A DNA stretch of 64,000 nt from NCBI GenBank assembly GCA_976551045.1, contig CDPCPM010000005.1, forward strand, positions 2,852,001 to 2,916,000, in the 5' to 3' direction. A program made the position numbers and the translations under genes. Positions 38,690 through 48,631 of the stretch are shown here, piece after piece. Under the pieces are notes generated by a model, which ran no database searches, was not told the DNA's origin, and was given only the letters and a program-made list of their open reading frames with translations. The stretch's first letter is position 1. The number at the start of each line of letters is the position of its first letter. This stretch comes from Glaucostegus cemiculus (taxonomy: Eukaryota).

Positions 38690-40145
38690 AACAGCATTGA
38701 CCAGAAACTCAACTGGACCAACCACATAAATGCCACAGCTGCAAGAACCGGCCAGAGGCGGAATATTCTGAGGTGAGTGACTCGCTTTCTAACAACCCAA
38801 AACCTTTTCACCATCCACTGGAAACAAGCCTGAAGTTTAGTGGAACACTGTCCACTTGCCTGGATGAGTGCAGCTTCAACCACCCTCAAAAAGTATGACA
38901 CCATCCAAGACAATGGAACCCATTTGATTGGTACCCCATCCACCCGCCACCCCCCCCCCCCAAGCATCTACAGTGGCTGCAGTGTTTACCTTCAACTAAA
39001 TACACTGCAGTTACTTGAGTCGGCTATTCCAACAACACATCCCAAACCTGTAACCTCTACCGATCACCAAGAAGGACAAGGGTAACAGGTGCATGGGGAT
39101 ACCACCACTCACAGATTCCCCTCAAGATTTTCCCCTCAATAATTATTCTGATATGGAAAGTTATCGCCATTGGGTCTAAATCCTGGAATTCCCTACCCAA
39201 CAGCGATGTGGTAACACCTTCATCAGAAGGAATCAGAATCGGATTTATTATCACTGACCTTTATGATGTGAAATTTGTTGTTTTGTGGCAGCAGTACATA
39301 AAATTACTAAAAATTACAAAAATAAATAAATAGGGCAAAAAAAAGTAATAACATGGTAGTGTTCATGGACCATTCAGAAACCTGATGGTGGAGGGGGAGG
39401 TGCTGTTTCTGAATCACTGAGTGTGGGTCTTCAGGCTCCTGTACCTCCTCCTCGATGGTAGTAATGAGAAAAGGGCACTTCCCAGATGGTGAGCGTCCTT
39501 AGTGAGGGATGCCACCTTCTTAAGGCACCGTGCCTTGAAGATATTCTTGATGGCAGGGAGGGTTGTGCCCGTGATGGAGCTGGCTGAGTCTACAACCCTC
39601 TGCAGCCTCTTGTGATCCTGTTCATTGGAGCCTCCATAGCAAGCTGTGATCCAAACAGTCAGAATGCTCTCCACTGTACATCTCTTGAAATTTGTCAGAG
39701 CCTTTGATGAAATAGCAAATCTCCAAACAAAGTAGAGCCACTGGGAATACCTTCTTTGTGATTGCCTCAATGTGTTGGGTCCAGGATAGATCCTTCAAGA
39801 TGTTGACGCCCAGGAACTTGAAGCTGCTCACCCTTTCCACCGCTGACTCCTCGGTGAAGATTTGTGAGTGCTCTCCCGACTTCCCATTCCTGAAGCCCAC
39901 AATCAGTTCCTTGCTCTTGCTGACTCCGGGTGTGAGGTCGCAACGCCACTCAACCAGCCAATCTATCTCGCTCCTGTACACCTCCTCGTCGTCATCTGAG
40001 ATTCTACCAACAACAGTGGTGTCATCGGAGAATTTATAGGTGGTGTTTGAGCTGCGCTAAGAACTGCAATGGTTCAAGAAGGTAGCTCACCATCACCACT
40101 TTCTTAAGGGCAACAAATTATAACCTTACCAGTGACATCCAGACC
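38690..40145 (+). mobile_element. Same CR1/L2-group LINE family, 3' part (host of the Rex1 insertion)
   Basis: MEHCPLAWMSAASTTLKKYDTIQD; AAATCCTGGAATTCCCTACC; GGTTCAAGAAGGTAGCTCACCA. Confidence 0.75.
39232..40058 (-). mobile_element. Rex1/Babar LINE 3' fragment (RT C-terminus) nested in another LINE
   Basis: KSKELIVGFR, VERVSSFKFLGVNI, VESILTVWITACYG, LPSRRRYRSLKT; (GATTCT)n tail. Confidence 0.88.
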
Positions 40146-40914
40146 TTGAAATACTTCCTTTCTTGTGAGGGAGAGAGTTCTCTGAAATTCTAAACAAATC
40201 AAAGTGCTTGCATTGTCTTAGCTGAAGTTCTAGCTCCAGAAATTGCATTCCTGGTTTGATTCTACTCCATTGCAGCTCCAGTCTTAACACTTTTTAATTC
40301 TGCAGCTGGTTAAAAGATACCCCCTTGAATTGTGTAAGTTCCCAGCAGTAAGCTCAGATCATTCTGGCTGTACACAGTTAATGATCCATGTCATGAATGT
40401 TGGCGATCATTAGTGTGTGCCTAATTCAGACATTGCACAATTCAAGTAATGTGCCAATCCTACCACCTCTGTGAACATCACAGAAATTCTACTCCATAGA
40501 ACAGATGTTATATCATTTTCATAAAGAGCTAAGATAGTACACTTCCTAAAATGGAATCGATCTACCTTGTGAGAATGGACTCCACTGGTGTTACAGTTTG
40601 CTAGTGCCATACTTCGATAATTGCATTGATCCAACATTGGAAGGTAAAATGTCACATTACTGGAAATTAAATGAACAGTAGCATTGAAAGTGCTATGTTT
40701 TTTTTTCTGGCACGGAGCCATTGTTAGAATTACTGACATTAAGAAATTCCAGCCTTTTTTTCCGATGGTTCAAATTCAGATGCTGCCAAGTCTGAATGCT
40801 TTGAAACAAGCTGTTTATGGGGAGAACTCCAAGTAACTTTCAAGTGTTACAGTGACGCCAATTTCTGGGAATGAGTTCCTGTCCAAGTCTGCTGCCATAT
40901 TGTGCCCTCAGTAC

Positions 40915-41480
40915 TTTTAGCCATAAAAAGAGAAGCAGGAAAAGGCCACACACCATGAGCCTACTCTCCTTTTCAAGAAGATCACGGCTCATCTTCTATG
41001 ACACCTTAATTTCCCTACCTTATCCTTAAATCTTTTGTTTCCCCTAGATCTCAAAAAACTAGCAAACTCAGTCTTGAATAAACTCAACAATTGAGGATCT
41101 ATAACCCTGTGAGGTACAGAATTGCAAATATTCGAAAGAGAGAAGTTTCTCCTCAACTCAGACCTGAATGGTCAACCATTTTTCCCGGCATTGTATTTGC
41201 TGATGTTAGACTCACTGACCAGAAAAGTTTTCAATACCTACCCTGTCAATCCTAAGAATTTCACAAGTTTCAAGAGCTCACCTTTAAATTGCAGAGAATA
41301 CGGCTTCATTTTCAAACTAATCGCAGGACTATTCTCTTATCCCTGTAATCAATACAGTGAATCTTTGTTACAGCCTTTCTAAGTGTATTCCTCCTTGGTT
41401 AAGGGGATCCAAAGCTGTCCCATAATGGTGTCACCAGAGTAATTGCATCAAGACTCCTCACTCTTGTGTTCCAAACTCCT
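40915..41480 (-). mobile_element. Old CR1 3' fragment
   Basis: CATAAAAAGAGAAGCAGG tail, TCAGTCTTGAA, AGAAGTTTCTCCTCAACTCAG. Confidence 0.65.
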
Positions 41481-41547
41481 TGCAATAAACTGCAGCAAGA
41501 GTTGTCCGGCCTAATGGTGCAGATGCTAGAAATCCGAAACAGAAATA

Positions 41548-42565
41548 GAACTGAGCCCGCTGCTCGACTCTCTGTCCACACATCACTGTGTGGCTAAGCA
41601 CAGCTCCAATGCCACAGACAAATTCGCCTACGACACCACTGTTGTTGGACGAATCACAGGCGGTGAGGAGCGAGCTTGCCGGAGCAAAGCAGGACACCTG
41701 GTTGAGCGGTGCTGCAATAACAACCTCTCACTCAACGTCAGTAATAAAACAAAGGAACTGATTGTTGACTTCAGGAAGGGGAAGAAGGGTTAACGTATGT
41801 CAGTCTACATTGGGGGATTGGCAATGGAGAGAGTCAGCAGCTTTGAATTTCAGGGCATTAACATATTGGATGATCTGTCTTTGGCGCAGCACATAGATGC
41901 AATCACAAGGAAAGCGTGCCAGCATCCTTATTTTCTTAGGAGCTTAAGGAGATTCAGCTAGTCACTGAACATACAAACAAAATTCTACAGATGCACTATT
42001 GGAAGTATCCTGACTCGTTGCATCATGGTCTGGGTACGGCAATTCAAATGCACAGAAATGTAAGAAGCTACTCCCACATGCCCATGACGTACCTGGGAGG
42101 GACATACGTCATGGGCACGTCCCTCCCACCATTGGTAGTATCTGCAGGAGGTGCTGCCTCAAGAAGGCAACATCCATCATCAAATATCCTCACCATCCAA
42201 GCCATGCCATATTTTCAAAGCTACCATCGGGCAGGAGGTACAGGAACCTGAAGTCCCACACCACCAGGTTCAAGAATGGCTACTTCCCTTCAACCATTCA
42301 GTTCTTGAACTAACTGGCACAGCCCTAATCACTAGAGTTTAGCAACACTATAACCACTTTGGTAATTTGCACTAAAATGGACTTTGTTTTTTTGTATTAA
42401 TTGTGTTCTTCCTTGTAAAAATTATGTATAATTATGTTTACTTTATGTTTTTCTTGTCAACGTTGTGTATCTGATGCTATGTGTCAGTGATGCTGCTACA
42501 AGTAAGTTTTTCATTGCACCTGTGCATGCATGTACTTACCCATATGACAATAAACTTGACTTCGA
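41548..42565 (+). mobile_element. Rex1/Babar LINE 3' fragment
   Basis: KFAYDTTVVG (decayed FADD), NNLSLNVS.KTKELIVDFRK; 3' UTR ending AATAAACTTGACTT. Confidence 0.88.
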
Positions 42566-42589
42566 CCTGCCAGAAATGTTTAGTTCAGC

Positions 42590-42712
42590 AATTCTGCTGA
42601 AGGGCTATTGACCTGAAATGTTTACTCTGTTTCTCTTGCCGTAGATACTGTCAGACTTGCTGAGTATTTCCAGCAATTCCTGCTTTTATTTCAGATTTCC
42701 AGCATCTACATT
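42590..42712 (+). mobile_element. PLE 3' tail fragment with degenerate hammerhead
   Basis: TTCTGCTGAAGGGCTATTGACCTGAAATG...AGATACTGTCAGACTTGCTGAGTATTTCCAGCA. Confidence 0.65.
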
Positions 42713-43198
42713 AAAAAAAAATCCATTTACCATTCTGTCACCTTTTAAGCAGCAGCTGTCAATCTTAAAAGACACAGAACTCTGCATGTGTGTCACAAAT
42801 TAATAGTAATATGGTAATACTCAAGCATAGTTTTTGATCTGACCAGAGCCACTTCTGCAGCAGTACAACTAATGATAATTAAAGTGCTGACAGGAGGCTG
42901 CAGGGACAAGTGTCGAGTAGGCAGGAGTCCTTTAGCCTTATTCCAATGCCACACTTATGTCCTGACTGTTTCCTTTGCTGCCCGGGTTGGAGAAACCTGT
43001 GAACTGAGAAGGGCCAGGGGAAATGGGCAAAAACCCACCTGAACAAACAAATTAACAATGGTGGTTAAGATCTGAAGTTGATGAACCCAGTGTTGAGTCC
43101 AACTGGTTGAAAAGTACCTATATGAAGGTTACCAGCGTGTGACCTAACAGTGTTGCTGCATTGAATGAAGACTTTGAAACATCTTTTTCAAAATCAAG

Positions 43199-43532
43199 GA
43201 TTTCAGGATCCTTTGCACTGATTTCAGGGTCCTTTGTACTGATTTCAGGATCCTTTGCACTGATTTCAGGGTCCTTTGCACTGATTTCAGGGTCCTTTGT
43301 ACTGATTTCAGGATCCTTTGCACTGATTTCAGGGTCCTTTGTACTGATTTCAGGATCCTTTGTACTGATTTCAGGATCCTTTGCACTGATTTCAGGGTCC
43401 TTTGTACTGATTTCAGGATCCTTTGTACTGATTTCAGGATCCTTTGCACTGATTTCAGGGTCCTTTGCACTGATTTCAGGGCCCTTTGTACTGATTTCAG
43501 GATCCTTTGCACTGATTTCAGGGTCCTTTGCA
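43199..43532. repeat. 21-bp minisatellite GATTTCAGG(A/G)TCCTTTG(C/T)ACT, about 16 copies
   Basis: 15 full units plus one 19-bp unit, read directly; explains the three repetitive ORFs in the track. Confidence 0.98.
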
Positions 43533-43694
43533 GGATCACAATGTACAGATACCAATCCATTGTTAGCTCCAAAATACTGCAGTCATTTCTGCTCTTTACC
43601 TCCAGCCACATGCGAAATTGGATGCTTGGTTTTCCGCTGCCATTGGGTTGTGCGGGTTTGCACTTTCCAAAAGAGGTTTAAACTTTTCATGTAA

Positions 43695-43953
43695 ATTTTA
43701 TTTTATTATTTATTTTATTCTTTTACAGCATGATAACAGGCCCTTTCGGCCCAAGGAGTCTGTGCCGCCCATTTTCAACCCCCAAATTAACCTACCCGTA
43801 CGTCTTTTTAGAATGTGGGAGGAAACCGGAGCACCTGGAGGAAACCCCCCACGCAGACACGGGAGAACGTACAAACTCCTTACAGACAGTGACAGGATTT
43901 GAACCCCGATTGCAGGCGCTGTAACAGCATCACGCTAACCGCTACACTATTGT
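43695..43953 (-). mobile_element. Full-length V-type SINE, CR1-tailed subfamily
   Basis: Reverse complement of the 11724 SINE, including the tRNA head. Confidence 0.9.
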
Positions 43954-45449
43954 CCAAATTGATCCAAAAGATAAAAATCTTCACATTCTAACTGTGAGTG
44001 GTATTATGGAAATGCAAGACATTCATTCTCACCAAATGACAAGTTTAACATTAATTTCAAATGATGAAATAATACACACCTTGTCCGTTGGACTATGATT
44101 TGCTCATAAGATAAAGTGTTTAAAATAAAATTCAATGTTGGATCACTTTCTTAATACATAGTATCTGCTAATGATTCTATTTTAATTCTGATCCCAAAAG
44201 CAAATACAAGGACAAACTATCCTTTTATTTCCATTCAATGTTTCCAGTATACAATAATATGCGCCCTTGGGCTAGTTACTGAAAATCAATGTCAGTGTGC
44301 CATGAGGTCAAATTCTACTGAAGAAATTAACTGTTGGAGAGCTCCATAACTGATTTTATCTTGAACTTTCAGTGAGAGTAGTGCACATGAGTTTGGACAC
44401 AGGTCACAAGGAACTGGATTGTGGGCAGCAGAAAGTTTGTTTGATTGAATTCACCTTTAGGTTCATTAGAGGTTAATCTACTGGAGTGCAGGCAATGCCG
44501 GTGCTGAGCATCTGAACGCTCTCGATATGCTCAGACGCAGTGACACGATAACAAGCATGTTAACGGAATATGACACCTGTGATAATCTGCTCCCTGCTGA
44601 GGGAAAACACACACACGGATTCCATTACCACATACATTACTCCGACTTGAATAGGGATTACGAACTTTAATCGTGGCTAAATCGTTGATTTGTAACAAAT
44701 GACCAACCCAATCATTTACTAACCAGCTACGCCAACCCGCACATGACAATGTATAATCCCGTGCAGAGTGAGGCCTGATAAATAGAAACCCCAGTAACAT
44801 ACGATACTTAATTGTTGGGATTTGAGAGCAGCTGCATACTTACTGGTTTATTGGCTGGTAAGCTTGTTTTATCCACACTCTTTCAAGGTATAAAGGGTAT
44901 GGAATGGACACTTTTTCCATGAAACAGTAAACACCTCAATTTTAAAATTCTTTGATTTGTTTCCATGGTTTCCTACCTGTTCAAGTTCTGGGCTTTAAGT
45001 TCTACGATTCCCTCCTTAAATGTCCCTGCCTCTCTTCTTCACATTCCTTGTTTAAAGCTGTGAGTAGAAATGAGTTCTTGGTTGCCAGTAATAAACACAT
45101 AACGCAGTAGAGGCAGTACTCTATAACTCCACTTAAAGTATTTAGGTTATACGACTTCAATGGAGCTAAATTGAAGTGGGATATAATATACAGGTACTGC
45201 AATGTTGTGTATTTAATGCAGTGACCCTGGAAGAATTTGTTTTCATTCTTAACAATTTGAGCTTCCAATCAGCAGTCCTTGCATTGCTACAGCAATTTTT
45301 TATTTGATAAACAACTTCTGTCAGTGGCTCTGGTTTGCCCTGCTAAAAGGCAGAGTATAAAGGAAAGTTGAAATAAAATCAAAAATGCAAGAAAATAAGA
45401 GCAGGAGTAGGCCACCTGGTCCCTCAATCCTACCACATTTGGTGGATCG

Positions 45450-45670
45450 GGTTGTATCTGTGAAGAGAGAAACAGAGTCAATGTTTCAGCCATTGACATT
45501 TCACCAAGACTCAATTTGTTCCTCTATCCATGCTGTAGAAGATTTCCAGCATTTCCTGATTTATTTCAGTGTTCTTGTAGCTTCTCTCCAGAGATGCAAG
45601 CTGCCTTGGAGAGTATTTCCAGCTTTCTCTCCTTTTTCTCAGATTTTCAGCATTCTCAGTATTTTGCTTT
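45450..45670. mobile_element. Old PLE tail fragments in inverted arrangement
   Basis: Minus-strand tail at 45455-45500 followed by plus-strand TTTCCAGCATTT...TTTCAG tails. Confidence 0.5.
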
Positions 45671-45699
45671 GGATTTACAAATGAACAATGTTTTAGTGA

Positions 45700-46440
45700 A
45701 GTTAGTTAGTGGTGAATCTGTGGAATTTGTTGCCAGAGAGGGCTGTGGAGGCCAAATCATTGGGTGTATCTAAGGCAGAGATGGGTAGCTTCTTGATTGG
45801 TAAAAGGGGTTAAGGGTTGGGGGAGAAGGCAGGAGAAAGGGGTAACTGCAGAGAGTTGTGGACACAGCCCAGCGCGTTACGGAAACCAGCCTCCCCTCCA
45901 TGGACTCTGTCTATACCTTTCGCAGCCTTGGTGAAGCAGCCAGCGTAATCAAAGACCCCACCCACCCGGGTTATTCTCTCTTCTCTCCTCTCCCATCAGA
46001 CAGAAGATACAGGAACCTGAGGGCACGTACCACCAGGCTCAAGGAACAGCTTCTATGCCATGGTGATTAGACTATTGAACAGTTCCCTTATACGATGAGA
46101 TGGACTCTTGACCTCACAATCTACCTTGTTTGACCTTGCACCTTATTGTCTACCTGTACTACACTTCCTTGTTTGCTGTGACACTTTACTCTGTGTTCTG
46201 TTATTGATTTTACCCTGTACTACCTCAATGCACTCTGTTCTGCTTCACTGCGTAATGAATTGATCTGTATGATTGGTATGCAAGACAAGTTTTTCACTGT
46301 ACCTCAGTACAAGTAACAATAATAAACCGATACCAATACCAAAGAGGTTGGAAAAAAGATCAGCCATGATTAAATGGCAGAACAGACTCAATGGGCCAAA
46401 TGGCCTAATTCTGCTCCTGTATGTTATGGTCTTATGACCA
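45700..46440 (+). mobile_element. CR1 3' end split by a Rex1/Babar 3' fragment (45844-46340)
   Basis: CR1 GTGGTGAATCTGTGGAATT...GAGAAGGCAGG | insert | ...GGGCCAAATGGCCTAATTCTGCTCC; near-TSD AAAGGGGT / AAAGAGGT; insert encodes KDPTHPGYSLFSPLPSDRRYR. Confidence 0.82.
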
Positions 46441-46755
46441 ACCATCTGTTGAAGAACCCCTCTTCAGCAGTGAGGGCGTCTGCCTCACTTGGGCTCTTCA
46501 ATCACTCTTGCAACCACCACTAAAAGGCAAATTATAAAAGATATTTGAGAAAAGGCCATCTTCCTGATGGGACAGGTGGAGCTGGAGGAATTCCCTGATT
46601 CCTCAGGCTTGTCAATTCAGTCCCCTCCTGAAAACAGATGACTCAGTGGCTTGGCGCTGACTCATGTTTTGCTGGCGGGCCGCCCGGCAGCTGGAGACTA
46701 CAGCTCGGCGGTCTTGTTTAAACAAGATCTGAGACCTATTTTCAAAGGGTCTGTG

Positions 46756-47164
46756 ACTCGAGAAATTCTGCAGGTGCTGGAATCTGGAGCAATACACAAA
46801 AAGTGCTGGAGGATCTCAGCAGGTCAGGCAGCAGCCACGGAGGGAAATAAACAGTTGCCGTTTCAGGCCGAGACCCTTCATCACAACTGGAAAGGAAGAG
46901 GGCAGAAGCCAGAATAAGAAGGTGGGGGGACGGGGGAGGAGCACACGCAGGCAGGGGATAGGTGAGTTCAGGTGATCGGCGAGTCCAGGTGAGAGGGGGA
47001 ATGTAGTGGGTGGGGGGGTGGTTATGGGTGAAAGATGTAATAAGCTGAGAGGTGATAGGTAGAAGAGGCAAAGGGTTGAAGAAGAAGGAATCTGGTAGGA
47101 GAGGGCAGTAGACCATGGAATAAAAGATGGGGGAGGGGAGGAGAGGAGATGAGCAGGTCATCAG
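46756..47164 (-). mobile_element. PLE pseudo-LTR insertion with hammerhead motif and 9-bp TSD
   Basis: Same family as 9030 and 21502; hammerhead 46852-46889 (minus); TSD GGGTCTGTG at 46747-46755 and 47165-47173. Confidence 0.88.
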
Positions 47165-48631
47165 GGGTCTGTGTTGACCTGACAGTGTATGAGGATCAAA
47201 CAGGGATGTGCCCTGTGCCTTGTTCAGTCCAGCTAACTCACACTTTGGAATTTCCGACCTCTTTCTATTCATTTTGTTTGAAAAATTGCATGTTGCAAAC
47301 TCACCATTCAGATTTTAAAAGAATGGTTTCACATCAGCTCACTTTTCGTTTCTTAATGTTTATTTCTGAAAGGACAATTTCACTTAAACACAAACTATCT
47401 TCTTAGGTAATTTGAACCTTAAATGGGAAGGACAGCTTCAGTTAGCACTACCTTAAATACAGGGAGGTTGATCTCAATCTTCAGTGACTCGGTCTGAAGT
47501 ATTGCCAAAGGCAGGATGCAGAGAGGATAGCCTGCCGGAGAACTTTGCACACCCATCACTGATGTAGTTGAGCTTTCTTTCAAAAAATTTAAAAGGAACG
47601 AAACTCCAGCAATGCTTCTTGCCAGATTTTCCAATCTGTGGTCTTCCCAGACTCAGTCCATAAAGACCAAATTCGACTCCAGTGTATTATGATCCGTCAT
47701 CAGAGACGAAGGATTTCAGTGGGGTAAATCATCCTAGAATATTTTTGCAGTACATTTCTGACTGTCTGACTGTCTGATTTGTCTCTGGTTTACTCGTTAC
47801 AATTAGTTCTCCAGTGATATTGCTGACAGCCAATATAAGACTGGCCATGTGATTTCTTCGGTATGATCCATTTACTCCTTTGAAAGATAAAATTGTCAAG
47901 TTCTCACTAACTTCCTAATGAAATGCAAAGGAATTAAGTTGGTAATATCAGGAGGGTTTGTTTTTGAGTTTTGTTCACAAATCCTGAGTTTGTCAATGTC
48001 ATCTCCAATCCGGCAAACTGGGCAAGGCTGTCAGCTTCCAGTCTGAAGACATGATCATACTAGTGACCAGCATTTGATTGGGTTATCCAATACAGGGCAA
48101 AATGTGATAAGATACCAGATATTTTTATATCTTAAATTTTTATCAATTAAAATTGCACTGCTGTATTTTTCTTAATTCAGTCATGGGATATGGATGTCAC
48201 TGGCGAGGCCAACTTTAATTCCCTGCGTGAATTACCTAATTTGTCTAATGTGATTAATTAAAAGCAATAATCTATTTTAATTTTTCTATTTTTAATCTTT
48301 TCTTATTCATTTGCCTATATTTTGACTGCTGTAAATAACCATGTCATTGCCTTTTCCTTTATTCAGTGAATGATTTCCATCTCGCATGAATTAAAAACAA
48401 AAAATTAATATAAAGGTAACATACTAGAGTAGAAATTTACCCCATCCACAATGGTAGCATTGGCACAATGTCCTCTGCCTTGGAAATTCTGTTCCATTGA
48501 ATTCAATAGAACAAAATTGTCTGTGACCTCACATTCTACCTTACAATAGAACAATAGAACAATAGAACAATACAGCACAGAACAGGCCCTTCGGCCCATC
48601 AAGCTGTGCCATCCTACAAACATCTCCCAAA

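Noticed and set aside
43118-43694. Three 145-177 aa ORFs as real genes
   Set aside because: All three come from the 21-bp minisatellite and overlap on both strands, with no domain or gene structure.
46742-47272. 176-aa minus-strand ORF
   Set aside because: Runs through the pyrimidine-rich PLE pseudo-LTR and across its TSDs; low-complexity chance ORF.
47640-47720. Minus-strand CTGATGA...GAA hammerhead-like motif
   Set aside because: Lacks GAAA, and stems I and II do not pair in register; no PLE tail.
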